From the NCBI GenBank assembly GCA_013265495.1, contig MU058198.1, positions 1,872,419 to 1,936,418 on the forward strand: a DNA stretch of 64,000 nt, in the 5' to 3' direction. Positions 22,404 to 35,829 of this stretch are shown piece by piece. The translations under genes were made by a program, and so were the position numbers. This stretch comes from Vicugna vicugna (Eukaryota). Numbering within the stretch: position 1 is the first letter of the stretch; every line of letters starts with the position of its first letter. Below the pieces are notes generated by a model. It worked only from the letters and a program-made list of their open reading frames with translations. It searched no databases and had not been told where the DNA came from.

Positions 22404-24191
22404 GTAAGAAAATTTTATGTACAAACCTAAAATTTGTTCTTCCAGTTTCCAGAAATTTCATCAAGCAGAGGTATCACTATTCCATTTTATAGGTGGAAAG
22501 ACTGTAATTTACCCAAGGTCATACTGCTTTTACATACTAGAGCAAGCCTCAGTAACTTTGGCATCTGGGCATTTATTTAGCCATTATTTTTTGCTGATGA
22601 GAAAATAATTGAATTTACCACCTACCAGGCCTTCTACTTATAAATTGGACTCATAGGAAATATTGACACCTAAGGATATTGCCTTTGCTACTGTATCTGA
22701 TATGGGAGTTATCTCTAGGTACATATGATGGTGTAGTAAATACACATTTTGCAGGTCCAAAGATCTGGTACGTTAAAATGGATGCATCTTCACTGGCATG
22801 GAACACAACACAAAAACTTTCCTCTTTCTTTTGAGTGAATTTTATGATTTCTCTCCTAAATCTAAACCTAGAGGTTAATGTGAAGGCTTAGCCAAGCTGA
22901 ATCAGAATTAGGACATATTCAGACACTTTGGAAGGTTCTGATAACAGCCCCCAAGAAGGAGAGGCATGGACAGAGCTTTGAACTTGGTGTCTCTGGTGTT
23001 GAGGCAAATAAACAAAGTATGGTATAGATTAATACATGGAGCCAAAACTCTGCATTGAAGATGCAGATGGTCATCAGTGGAATGAAGAAGTAAGGAAACT
23101 CACTAAGTTGTAAGCAGGGTGGTAGGTATCTTTTCATTCTGTCCCATCACTCCCTCACTCCTTTCATATAGGTCACGTTCCCTCAAGTTACTGGCTCCAT
23201 GTAAGCTGATGCTGATGAAGACTCAATGGTGTACACAGAGACTTGTCAAAATGTTTTTGGTGCAGGTTCAAGCTTCACCTCTTCTGTATTGTATAATAAT
23301 CTCCCTTATTCGGCCCCCCTCATTTGAGCTTATGCTTAAGATTGCTCATGTGACTTGCTCTACAGTGTCTCTCCCAACCATACAATCATATACCTCTCCT
23401 CCTTTATACTCCCAGAAACACTCTACACATGTCTCTATCATTGAAGTTACTATGATGTCAATATATATGTTTCCTTAAATGGAATGTGAGCTCCTTGAGG
23501 AACAGGGGCTATGTCTTAATTCTTGAACATGTAGTAAGAATCTAAAATTTTTGTCTTGATAACTGAATATATGAATATTTATCTAGACTTACAACATCTG
23601 CCTGCCCCTTCCTGATCTTTCTGACTTTTCTGGTCTGATCCTTCTGACTTTTGGCAACTGTTGGACCATTTTCTGTCTTGTAACACTACTTAGACCCAGC
23701 ATGGTCTGCCTTGAAATTGAAATAATTCTCCAGAACTAGTATCATCTTTTCATTTAATAATTAAGTTATACAACACTCCACGTTTACATTTTATCACATT
23801 CTTCTTCTGTCCTCATGTAGGACTTTCTTACGTTCAGTCAGTTTTCAGAAAGGAATAGATTTTCCTCCGAGAACACTTGGCTGACATAACTGGAAAGGAA
23901 ATTATGGTGTATCTTTGGTATATTTCATTTCAGTATGCATGCCAGCTATCTATTTCGGGAAAATACATTCACAATGGTGTGTAAGCTTACCACAAACCTA
24001 CAGCAGACCTACAGCAAGTTTGCCCTCTCTTCCTGATGTTCAGAATCTACTTTGATGCTTATCAGTCTGCCTCAAAATCACATTTTCAATTGTACTTTTT
24101 TTTTCCTCAATCGTACTTTAATTGCTTCTTATTCTTACTTAATTATATTCTTTGTTTATAGATATTGTTTGTTTCTTATTGCTCCTTCTAG

Positions 24192-24339
24192 GTAAAATGT
24201 CATCTGCGTTTTAGTAGTTTTCAGAGGAACAAGTATGTGCGATTTAATCGACCTGGAGGCTGGGAAACAGGCGCTCTCTTTCCATCTCTTCTTTCTGTGG
24301 GACCCAGAAATGAACATTTTGCAGATGGAGGGAGTCCTG
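24192..24339 (+). CDS. Gene B coding exon 4
   Basis: cttctag|VKCHLRFS...WETGALFP...GPRN...DGGSP; donor G|GTGAGC; absent from the ORF track. Confidence 0.92.
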
Positions 24340-25334
24340 GTGAGCAGATCTTTAACCATACTCATTTTAATATCCTAATAGTATGGTAAGACCCATCACA
24401 TGTTTACAATTATATATCTTCAAACTTGAGATGAAAATTGTTTATTTTTTACTTACTGTGCTGGTGATTTTTTTCTTTAAAAATTTTCAGTATTCAAAAA
24501 CTCATATGAAAAATTCTATACATAGGAAACAACATACTTTTATCCTTTCCTCGTCATAAGCCTTACATTTTTATGTAGATTTACTTGTGAAATTTGACTT
24601 TAATGACTCAATGTACACATCAAAATGATTTATTACTACACGAAAAGGATTTGCTATAAAATTTTTAAATTGACTAATTAACCTTATTAAAATGAAATAC
24701 TTCTCATCTGAAAGGCACTTAAAAGGCAAAAGTCAGAGGGGAGAAAATATGACAGAAGATTCACATTCAAAACCTATAAAGAACTTGTAGAGATTAACAG
24801 CAAAATCAGTTTTTAGATGTCATGGCAATGCCAAATTTCTATAAAAGATTTTATTAGCTTTTACTTTCTACACCAAACTCATGTACCAGGAAGAAACTAT
24901 TTTCATGCTGTCGCAGATCCAGGGGCCACACTGGGTAGCACTCCTCAGCAGACATCAGCTCATACAACTCACTCAGTCTGAGCTTCATTGAATTTTTCAC
25001 GTGCCAGGGGTACAGGATCAAAGTATTTGCCTGTCCAATAATTAATTCAATTCTCATTCCAGTTGATTGAAATTACAGAAAGTAGCTCTATAATTTCATG
25101 CACTGTTTTACTTCTGGAAAGTTGAGAATTAGGATCCATTTTTAAAGTATTATTATATATTTGTTTGGGGAAACGATGTTAGCTGCTGTGACATTCAGGC
25201 TACGAGAAGGCCCTCATTACAACAAATAACTTTGTCTTTGACACACTGTAGTTACCTTTTGTGTTGTTGTTCAGCTCAGCTGTTTCTTTTTCTATTGTCC
25301 TGAGCAATCCTTGTGTTGTTTTGTTTTCATTTAG

Positions 25335-25594
25335 GTTACATCACTGAAGGGTTCCTGGTTATGCAACATGCCTTGAATAAAGCCATCATGAAATATCATG
25401 ACCACATTGCTGCACAAGAGCTGTTCAAACGTGTCACCGTTTTTGTTCAGAGATTTCCATACCCAATATATGATCATGATTACTTTTTAAAATTTTTGGT
25501 TATTTTTACCCCTTTAGTAATCTTATTTATCTTTGCTATGAATCATCTTACCCTCATTCAGTCTATTGTGTGGGAAAAGGAAAACCGATTGAAG
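25335..25594 (+). CDS. Gene B coding exon 5
   Basis: (G)YITEGFLVMQHALNKAIM...QRFPYP...SIVWEKENRLK; donor AAG|GTAACT. Confidence 0.95.
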
Positions 25595-26659
25595 GTAACT
25601 CCACTTTTCTTGCAGGAGATAGAGACTCTGTAGAAAATGTTGTATCTGTAAGGCAAATTTCTGTGGAGGGTTGGATTATTTCTACTCATTCAGCACTGGT
25701 GGGTGGTCATGTTTCAGTGAGCACTTGTATCTCTTGACAGTTTTGTAAAATTTGTTTTTATTGGAATTCTTGGTTTAGTTTTCAGTTTTATTTCTAGACG
25801 ACTACTTCACAAGAACGTTACAGATTGAATTTAAATGCAGAATGACCTAAAATCTCTCTGGAATAAAGTAAGCTACAAAAAATAATAATAATAATCAATT
25901 GGGCTTGTGGAATTATATCTAGATAAATTTAGGTACAGTTCAATTTCAAGACTCTATGATTCTGTGATTATTTTACCAGCTTGTGATATTTGAATTTTTT
26001 TTTCAGAGTGGCCTCTAATAGTCCCCTCCAAAATTGTATCTAGGGAGAGAAAATATTGTGTTATGGCCAGAGGCTTTGTAGTTCAAAATCCAATCATCTA
26101 TTTAACCAATGATTCATTCAGAGTTATTTATTACTGATTTATTAATTGCCTATTTTGTTTCAGAGACTGACAAATCAAAGATTTGAATCCTGTCTCTAGT
26201 ACTTACTGAGTCTATGACATGATATATAACTTTTCTCATGTATTTTCTTGCATGTAAATTGAGTATAATAATACCTAATTTGCAAGGTTGTCATGACATT
26301 AAGCAAGATATTATGTGAAAAATTATCACCCTCAAATCACCTAGACCTACTGTCATCAGGCATAAAGGCGGAAACACATACTGAGTGCTCCATAGCAGTG
26401 GTCTCTCCATTTCATTTATCTCCTTTGTGTTATCATTGGTTGTGTCATTTTCACTCTTTCCTTGCTAGTGGCAACACCACTTTACAGATCAGGGTCACAC
26501 TGTTTCTCACTATCTAGCTCTTCTCACTCAGGGCTCTTGTCACACATCTCATTACCCATTATCTCTCCTATCAATCTACCTCGTAGGTTGTTGCCAGGAT
26601 AATTGTCCTGTAACACAAATGGCTATAAAGAAATTTTAATTTCCTGTCTTTACTGCGTC

Positions 26660-27715
26660 CTTGCCTTTACTGGTGAGCTTTTCCATTTTGTAATTTTCTT
26701 GTTTCTAGGTATGGCCTTTTCTTTTCCACCTCAACGAGTTCCTTTAGCATTTGTTGTAAAGCTGGTTTAGTGATGCTGAATTCTTTTAGCTTTTGGTTGT
26801 CTGTAAAGCTTTTGATTTCTCCATCAAATATGAATGAGAACCTTATTGGAGAGAGTATTCTTGGTTGTAGGTTTTTCCCTTTCATCACTTGAAATATATC
26901 ATGCCACTCCCTTCTGGCCTGTAGAGTTTCTGTTGAAAAATCAACTGATATCCTTATGGTAGTTCCCTTGTATGTTATTTTCTTTTTTTCTCTTGTTGCT
27001 TTTAATATTTTTCTTCTTACCTTTAATTTTTGTCAATTTCATTACTATGTGCCTTGTCGTCCTCCTCTTTGGGTTAATCCTGTGTGGGACTCTGCGCTTC
27101 CTGGACTGGGGTGACTGCTTCCTTTCCCAAGTTAGGGATGTTTTCAGCTATTATTTCTTCAAATAATTTCTCAGGTTCTTATTCTGTCTCTTCTCCCTCT
27201 GCAAGTACTAGTGTGTTTTATGTTATCCTAGATCTCTCTTAAACTAGCCTCATTTCTTTTTATTCTTTTTTCTTTTTTCTCTTCTACAGTAGTGATTTCC
27301 ACTACTCTGTCTTCTACCTCACTTATCCATTCTTCTGCCTCATTTAGTCTACTGTTGGTTCCTTCGTGTGTATTATTCATTTCGGTAATTGTATTCTTCA
27401 TCTCTGCTTGGTTGTTTTTTATATTGTCTAACTCTTTGCTAAAAACTTGTAACTTATCACTCTGTGCATTTATTCTCCTCCCAAGTTCTCTGATCATCTT
27501 CACAATCATTTCTCTGAATTTCTTGGGTAGACTTCCTATCTCTGCATCACTGATTTCTTCTGGGATTTTATCTTACGCCTTTGTCTGGAAGTTATTCCTC
27601 TGCTGCCTCATTTTGTCTAAATTTCTGTTTGTATTTTTATGCAGGTTAGTTACATTTCTAGACCTTGGAGAAGTGGCCCTCTGTATGAGACATCTTATGT
27701 GTCCCGCAGTCCATC
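26660..27715 (-). mobile_element. L1 ORF1 fragment (followed by mixed-orientation L1 pieces to ~28320)
   Basis: Minus ORFs KNLQPRIL..SF..DGEIKSFTD.QKLKEF..TKPALQQMLK and NSRLNEAEEWISEVEDR are L1 ORF1p. Confidence 0.88.
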
Positions 27716-28582
27716 ATTAATTAATATTATTAGAATGTTCATTCTACCCAAAGCAACCTACAGATTCAATTCAATCTCTGTCAGATTTCAGTGGCACAGG
27801 GGTTGCTATCTTCTCTGCCATGGGCAGTCCTGACAGAGACTCTTCACAGAGAGAATTTTTCAGGTGCAGTTTTCTGACTACAGAGAAGACTCACTTGAGT
27901 CAGTGCCAATAAGACATGAGCCAAAATTGACTGCTGAACAGCCGTCAATAAAAAAGACTGGAACCTACCAAAAAAAAGGTTTTCTTCAACTGGAGACACA
28001 AATAGAAAATCACAGCAGGACAGTAGGAGGGGTATACTCATGATATAATTGGGTCCCATACGCTGTGGGTGGGTGACCCATAGACTGGAGAAAATTATAT
28101 TGCAGAAATTCTCCCGCAGGAGTGAGAGTTCTGAGCCCCATGTCAAGCTCCCCAGCCTGGGGATAGGGTTCAATCTGTAGACCAGTTTGAGGATTAATGC
28201 CATCTTAACAGTGTTAAGTCTCTGATCCATGAAGATGAGGTGTCTTTCCTACACTTAGGTTTCCTTTAACTTCTTTCAGCAATCTAGCTGGTTTATAGTT
28301 TCAAGGTTTTTGCATATCTGAACGGTATCAGGTAAATTATTGGTGAAATCATCTCTGGGCTTATAAGCATTGCAGCATCACCACTTACTAGTTGAATACT
28401 TTTAATCAAGTCACTTAATATATTCTGACCCTTGATTTCCTCCTCTATAAATTGAGCATGATAATGCTAACTATTTAACCCATTTTGGTTGTGGTGGAAG
28501 TTAAAGTAGAAATATTTGTGAATGTATTTTGCATAATTATATTGTTTTATATGATATATGGTTTGTGTTAACTTTCCCATAG

Positions 28583-28699
28583 GAGTACCAGCTCATGGTA
28601 GGACTCAGTAATTGGATGCTTTGGGCTGCCTATTTCTTCACATCCCTCTCTTTCTATTCAGTTATCATCTCTTTGATGTGCCTTATTTTCTTTGCCAAG
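28583..28699 (+). CDS. Gene B coding exon 6 (GC donor)
   Basis: cccatag|EYQLMVGLSNWMLWAAYF...IFFAK; donor AAG|GCAAGT, phase 0. Confidence 0.88.
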
Positions 28700-28870
28700 G
28701 CAAGTGTCTATTTAACTGCATCATGCTGCAGCCAAACTTTGAGAGGGAAAACAGAAACATGGTGTGGGCCTAATGGATTCAAGTTGCCAGGGAATAAAAA
28801 ATGTTGATTCCACTATGGAAACCAGGGACTGCTTAGTCTCTCAGCAAATTAAACTTTAAACCTAGATGTA

Positions 28871-29508
28871 TGTGATGCAGGAAAAATGGGTGTGGGGCGT
28901 GAGGAGGGCTGTGTCCCAAGCCTCAGTTGAGCCCCTGGGACGTGCCCTGCCAAGTGTGGGTCCTTGGCTTCGGGCAGGAAAGAATTCAAGAGTAAGCCAC
29001 AGCTGAGTAAAGGTTGATTTATTTAGAGAGATAATCAAAAGGCAAGAGAAAGGCCATGAGGTGTTGGGGTTGGGTGCTCAGATTAGAGTAAAAGTAAGTA
29101 CACACTCCATAGACAGAGTGCAGGCTGTCTCTGAAGAGGAGGGAGAGAGAGAGGCGGCCAGGGGCAGTGTTACCAGTTTCTATGGGCTCAGTAATTCACA
29201 TGCCCACAGGGGAGACCATTCCAGCTGCCCTGGGGACAGGGCTGGGATTCCCAGGAATTAGGCATCGTCCTTTCTTTGGCCTTTTGTGGTTAGCCTTGGG
29301 GTTGTCATGGCGCATGGCACCTGGGGGCATGTTATTTATCATGCTAATGTTACAATAAGCATATAATGAAGCTCAAGGTCTACTGGAAGTCAAACCTCCT
29401 GCCATCTTAATCCTTAAGGCCAACTGGAAGTTGAATTTTCCACCATTTTGATGTTAATTGTTGTCATTCCTTGAATGGCTGTGCCCTGCCCCCTTCCATC
29501 CTGTCTCT
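28871..29508 (-). mobile_element. ERV1-like solo LTR
   Basis: ccttggcttcgggcaggaaagaattcaagagtaagcca...tttatt (antisense AATAAA)...cctgtctc; imperfect TGTA/TGCA flanks. Confidence 0.7.
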
Positions 29509-29673
29509 TGCAGACCTTTTGTAGTTAATAAATTGTCTACTCTCTATCTCCCTGAGCATTCTCATCAGTTTCATTAGAGCTATTAAAATATTTTTAAATG
29601 TTTCATTTTACTTTTGTTTTGCTCTGACACCACTTGGAGTATGACTTAACTGGCTTCCTGATTGCTTTGCTAG

Positions 29674-29791
29674 ATTGAACCCGTGCCAGTCATCCAATAC
29701 AGTGACCCATCTCTTGTATTTGTCTTTTTGCTGTGTTTTGCCGTCGCCACAATATTCTTCAGCTTTATGGTTAGCACGTTCTTCAGTAAAG
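29674..29791 (+). CDS. Gene B coding exon 7
   Basis: ttgctag|[39 protein letters not shown]; donor AG|GTGAGT; absent from the ORF track. Confidence 0.94.
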
Positions 29792-31334
29792 GTGAGTCTA
29801 AAATTCTTTCTGGGAAAGATTTTCAGTGACTAAAGGAGGATTGTATTTGGAAGTTCCTTCTAAACTTTAGCTGCCATCTCCTCTGTAGCTTCTGTTTACT
29901 TTCTAACTGAAAAGACAAATATATGCAACATGTAATGATTTGAAAGGGAATAAAGAGGGCAGTGAAAATTAGCATAGCATAGTATACATGTGAAAAAAGG
30001 ATAAAAGCTAAAACAAGATCATATTTGGGTGTTTCTTTCTAACCTTCAGCTGCTAACTCATGCATGGTATCCCTGTTTATCTATCAGGAAGGGTGGAGAA
30101 TGAGATCGCTTCTGTATACTCTGTTGGAGGGACTAAAGTCTGCCCCTATCTGATGATGATAGTGGAGTATGTGAAGAGGAAGAAAACAAAATTGACTGAA
30201 ATAAAGGGTCCTTGCACTTAATTAATAGATCCCTATTGTGTGCCTGCTGTTGAAATATAGCCTCCAAAGAGCTGCCATTGACCTTGGGGACATACTGTAT
30301 CTGCAAAAAATGATTTGACAGGATATGCAGAGAGCAATGAATAAGTGGAGCATAGTGTACGTGTGAAAAAAAATGATTAAAATAACTCAAATTTAGATTA
30401 AGATAAACCTAAGAATTCTTCCTATAGAGGTTTGCTTTTAAGCATTTTTGAAGGACTGGAAGACTGGTACCGGATGTCAGCTGAATGGACACGAGTATCC
30501 ATTCATTCATCCAAATCTTTTTGCTAGCGCAATATCTATATTAATATATGGGGGCAAATAAAAATTGTTTCTTTGCCCTTTAAGGGCACATATGCCAATA
30601 ACTTTATTTCATTTTATTTTAATTTTTCTCAGTACATTATCATAGTTACTATTGACTGATGGGTCCTCATGGGGACATGATTGTACATACAACAAATAAG
30701 CAACAAAGAAAGAAAAAAAACAACCCAAAGGATAGAGAAAAGTAGTGTGTCAATGTGAGGCAGAATATGATATACTAAAGAGAATAGTAAGTGGTAGAAA
30801 AAAAAACACTGATGTTTTCTATTTCTGGCATCATAGCAGGCTAGATATTCTGAACATTTTAATCTGCTTCTTTTGGTACACAGGTGTAAGTCTTTCACTA
30901 CGGTATATACTTAGGAATGAGATTGCTGGGTCATAGGGTTTGTGAATGTCCAGCCTGATTATGTCAAACACAAAGTGCTTCTACACATTTACCATCCCAC
31001 TGGAAGAAGATGAAAATCCCAATTGCTTCATATCTTTGCCAAAATTTAGTATTGTCAAGCTTAAATTGTGCCACATTAGAAATACTAAATGTTATGGAAA
31101 CTTAAATTTGAATTTTCCTAATTACTAATGAAGTTGAGTATGTGTTATTAATATGAGTCATATGTGTTTCCTTTCCTATAAAATCTATTAATGCGTTCTT
31201 TTATAATTATCGATTTGCAAGAGTTCTTTACAGAATACTGCTACATACTTTTTGTTAGTTTCAAGTATGTTGCAAAACTTCTCCCAGCTTGGAGATATCT
31301 TTATCTTTTATGATATCTTTTAATAGTTACTAAT

Positions 31335-31568
31335 TCCAGTCATATATAAGCAATATCATATGGTATTTTTCTTTCTCTTTCTGGCTTCACTTAGAATGAT
31401 GATCTCCAGGTCCACCCATCTTATTGCAGATGGCATTATTTTAGTCTTTTTTATGGCTGAGTGGTATTCCATTGTGTGTATCTATATATCTATAGATATA
31501 TAAACACACATATATATATATACACACCACAGTTCCATTGTGTGTGTGTGTTTGTGTCTGTGTATACA

Positions 31569-31610
<42 letters not shown>

Positions 31611-32025
31611 TATATCACAACTTCTTTATCCAGTCAATAGACATTTAGGTTGCTTCCATGTCTTGATTATTGTACATGGTGCTTCGGTGAATATGGAGGG
31701 GAGGGCATTATCTTTTCCATTTCAAGTTTCTTCCACATATATGCCCTGGAGTGGAATTGCCAGATCATATGGTAACTGTTTTCAATTTTTAAAAAGTCTC
31801 CCTACTATTCTCCATAGTGGCTGCACCAAACTACATTCCCTCCAGCAGTGTAGGAGGGTTCCCTTTTCTCCACACCCTCTCCAGCATTTATCGTTTGTGG
31901 ACTTTTGAATGATGGCCATTCTGACTGGTGTGAGGCGATACCTCGTTGTAGTTTTGCTTTGTATTTCTCTGATAATTAGTCATATTGAGCATTTTTTCAT
32001 GTGCCTATTGGCCATTTGTATGAAT
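31335..32025 (-). mobile_element. L1 3' fragment with internal (TA/CA/TG)n microsatellite
   Basis: Antisense of the same ORF2 C-terminus/3'UTR seen at 2853-3690; dinucleotide repeats at ~31472-31615. Confidence 0.85.
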
Positions 32026-32259
32026 TAGTTCCTTAGATGTTTAATTTCAGCCTTTTATTCATTTATAAAATATTTTTGAGCAATTAGTAAGTGATAAGCA
32101 TTATATAATGGCTGGGGAAGCAATGGTAAACAAAATAGATAAATTCCTATTCTCAGTGTGCTTATTTTAGTTCACCCTTATAATAAAACAGAGATATTTG
32201 TATTTTAGATTTTTTTCAGATTGCCTAAATTGACCTCATGATTTCCTTCTTATTTGCAG

Positions 32260-32433
32260 TATATTTTGCTGTTTCTGTTGGAGGTTTCCTTTATGTTGCC
32301 ACCTACTTTCCAGCTTTCAGCATCTCTTCAAACTATGCACTGATGACACTTGCCCAGAAACTGGCTTCCTGTCTCAGCTCAAATATTGCAATGGCACTGG
32401 GTACTAAGTTCCTAGTCAAGGCAGAAATGGACA
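32260..32433 (+). CDS. Gene B coding exon 8
   Basis: tttgcag|(V)YFAVSVGGFLY...QKLASCLSSNIAMALG...KAEMD; donor A|GTGGGT, phase 1. Confidence 0.9.
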
Positions 32434-33129
32434 GTGGGTATTTACCTTGTAAATTTTGCCATGTTCTCATAGGATATTCAAGTTTTAATGTTCACTGGTA
32501 TCACTAAACTATCCTTCAAAGTTTATACTACTTTATACCACCACCTATAGTACATAAGTGCTTTACATTCTATCCATAAACTGACTGAGTTTTGTTAGGG
32601 CCTCTGCCTACTCTTTGGAGTTGCCACCTGCTATTTAGTGGTAGAGAAGGAAATGACATGAGTCTGCTTATAGTCACTTTTTCTTCCTTTTTCCATCAGT
32701 GCAGTATCTATGCAATAATTCTTCTAGTATTCTGCTCTGTAGTTAGCATCCAACCCTACTTTTCAATGATAATGTTTTTTCCAAAATTATATATTCCAGG
32801 GAACATTTAGCATGAGGGGTGCTGTAGAGGGAGGAGCCACTATTTAACCTATATGTATGCTTAATTTTTTAAGAATATTACTACTGACTTTTTAATACAT
32901 GTTATTTTTGTTTCATTCAGTACTGATTGTAACAAGCAGGAAGGATGTCACGTGGTTACTTGCTCGCTGTCCTAAATCCTAATAGTACAAGAAAGTAGCT
33001 GACTATAGTAGGAATCTCTAGAGAATATTAATACATTTATTTTCTTCACTCTTAAATTATGATGCAAATGGATAACTCTGTTTTGGTCTCAGTTAGCATC
33101 TAAATTAAATGTCTCCTGTTGTCTCTTAG

Positions 33130-33308
33130 AAATTGGAATTAAATGGAGTAACATCTTCTCTCCAACCAAAGTGGATGACTTTGCCTTTGCTTATATACTG
33201 GGAATGTTTTTATTTGATGCTTTCTTGTATGGCCTTGTGGCTTGGTATATAGAAGCTGTCTTTCCAGGAGAGTATGGTGTGTCCAAACCATGGAACTTTT
33301 TCCTGCTG
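33130..33308 (+). CDS. Gene B coding exon 9
   Basis: (K)[11 protein letters not shown]...[31 protein letters not shown]; donor CTG|GTGAGT. Confidence 0.95.
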
Positions 33309-34108
33309 GTGAGTGGTAATGATTTTGTTTTTGAGAGAGGCCACAGTCCTTCTACCCTGTTTTATAATTTCTGTGAGTCGCCATGAGTTAATTTTGCATT
33401 AACTACAATTGAATCAGTATTTCAGGTAGAAGAATCATTCTAGTTACTCTAGCCGTACTAGTTCACTAGCCCTTTCCTAATGCACTTTAAAGCCTCCAAT
33501 ATATATAAATATAAATAAACTATAGATCATGGCCTGCAACCCCAGACTTTACAAATTCTGAGTAATCCATCACTCTTGCAGGCAAGTGTTTCATAAAGGA
33601 TAGAGCTTCAGTATAAAGAAATTAGTACAGAATGGGTCTTCAGATGCTAACAAGAAGAGGCTTAGTTATGTCCCAGATCTAGGCACTCACCACCTGGTTT
33701 ATGTCTTTGGTTTGCCCATATTTCTTAGAGTCAGGGCCATAGCAAAATGGGGTGTGGTACATCTTGACTTCCTTCTCAGTCTCTTCCTTTGTTACCATTG
33801 GCTCATCTTACCATTGCTAAGAGAAGAAGATAGAACAGAGAGTGATATAATACTTTTTTCTGTAACCTCATTTTGGACTGATTTGGGGTAATGAACCTAT
33901 ATTTTCCTTTCATTTCTCTTGGACAGTTATGATTTTAATAGAGTAGTTTGCTTTTGTGCTTTGGCAAATTATAGCCAGTTAGCACCAAATTTTACTCCCA
34001 AGAAATACTCAGCAATCTATCTCAATACAAAGGGTAACAAGCTGAAGTATTTTCTAATGTTTCATTTTTCAATGTCATTACAGTGATTACATTTTATTCC
34101 CTTCTTAG

Positions 34109-34243
34109 CCCTCTTACTGGTTTGGGGAAAAAAGTGAGGCAAAAAAAGAAACAAGAGAAATTTATAAGATAACTGGAAGCAAGTATTTTGAAGCTGAACC
34201 TTCTGACTTGGTGGCAGGTATCCAGGCCAAACATCTGTGCAAG
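34109..34243 (+). CDS. Gene B coding exon 10
   Basis: ttcttag|PSYWFGEK...YFEAEPSDLVAGIQAKHLCK; donor AAG|GTATTG; absent from the ORF track. Confidence 0.93.
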
Positions 34244-35829
34244 GTATTGTTTCCCAGATCTCTTTTACTTGATGGAGGCGAAAGTTAGCTTACGTTTCAG
34301 TGTAAATGTCTGTTAACAGGAAATACCAGGAAAAAGGTCACATGCTAATGAAAAAAGTCATGACCATCTTGTTTACTTCCTTCGAGAAAGATCAAAATTA
34401 AATTTATATGGTATACAATAAAAGTCACATCTTTCTCTTCCTCCAAAAGAGAATCAGACTTTCTGTAAACTGTCATGATGTCTTCTACTAATGCTCTCAT
34501 TTCAAAAAGGAGCGTCTAGTGGAGCTTGATGATTTGAGTATGTAAACACAGTTCTGTTCACAAATATTTTGCATGTTTTATTTGTAGTCTCCTCTGTAAA
34601 GATGTTTATCAGGGGGTAGGAGACTCTTGGGTCTCTCAGTTTATCTGGATCAACTACAAGCATGTAATATTCAGGTAACCTATATGTTTGATGACATTTC
34701 CTTGCCTCTCTGTCGGTGTCGCGATACCATGTACACATACACACCATATGTGGAGAGAGCTGATGGCTACTCTGAAGCTTTAGTAAGTTGCACAGTCTTA
34801 TATAGCAAAGAAGAATGACAAGGGAAATGGTTAACAGGCAGCGTCTGGCTCAAGGTCAGAAGACCCTTTATGTTTTGGTAAATCATGTTCGTGTTGGCAC
34901 CAGTGAGCCTTACAGCTTATCAGGGCGGAATGTATGAGAAATGGTTGCTTTACAACATTCTTCTTGGACTCAGGCGGCTGTGCCTGTCTTAGGTTGCCCC
35001 CCTCTGGCTAACCAGCCTCTCACCTCTGAGTCTGCAGCTTTTTATAACTTGTTTACCATTCCAGCCCAAGGCTCGTTCCTTGATTCCCACAGTCCAGGGC
35101 CTACGCTCTCTAAGGTCTACCTAAGTTTTATTTGTGCTCCTAATCCCACAACTTCAGAAAACCCAAAGCCCTCCATGCAAATTCAGCTAATTTAAGAGAT
35201 ATTTATACTCTTGTGGTCCTCTCTGCCTTCAGTATGCTGCGTGCTGCCTCGGTTTTGGTTACATCAATTCAAATGCAAAACTCAGTCTTTTCCCTGTTGT
35301 CCTCAGAAAATCCATTCACACCAAACATTTTTGTGAATGTTAGTAACCTGCAATGTAGATTAGAGCTGTAAGAGGTTGGTTCAAGGAACACGTGGGCTCC
35401 GACCATTTCCCCAGCTTTATTTACACTTGTCTCTCCCTATTTGTCTCTTTATACTTTTCCTACAAGATTGCCCCGATTGCTACTCTAAATACGCACTCTC
35501 CCCATATACGCCTCAGACTTTCATATTCAGGCTCATGAGAATGCTTGGGAAAACCAAGGATCTTCTGTGTATCATTTATTCTTTCACTCTTGGCACTGGG
35601 ATTATAAGCAGTAAAAAAGCCAGATAAAATTCATGCTCTCAAAGAACTTACATTCGGGTATGAATAAAAGTAGGTTAGCAATTAAACAAATGAACAATCA
35701 AGATAATTGCAGTACACAGTAAGTGCCATTAGGGAAATGAATAGGGTGATGATACAGCAATTAAGGGGTAGGATGGGAAGGAAAACCACTTCAGTTAGGT
35801 TATTCAGTTAACTCTCTCTGAAAGCATGA

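Noticed and set aside
24897..25139. Multi-selenocysteine protein (TGA read as Sec)
   Set aside because: Only ~40 nt lie between the stop and AATAAA, too short for a SECIS; no resemblance to selenoproteins I know; mutational decay is simpler.
28583..28807. Gene B as a pseudogene because exon 6 lacks a GT donor
   Set aside because: The AAG|GCAAGT donor restores frame, and all other exons are open and phase-compatible.
31472..31615. Structured or CRISPR-like repeat array
   Set aside because: Simple TA/CA/TG dinucleotide expansion inside an L1; no repeat-spacer structure anywhere in the window.
35400..35530. Mitochondrial insertion (NUMT)
   Set aside because: C/T-rich look only; I could not read any mitochondrial gene or tRNA from it.
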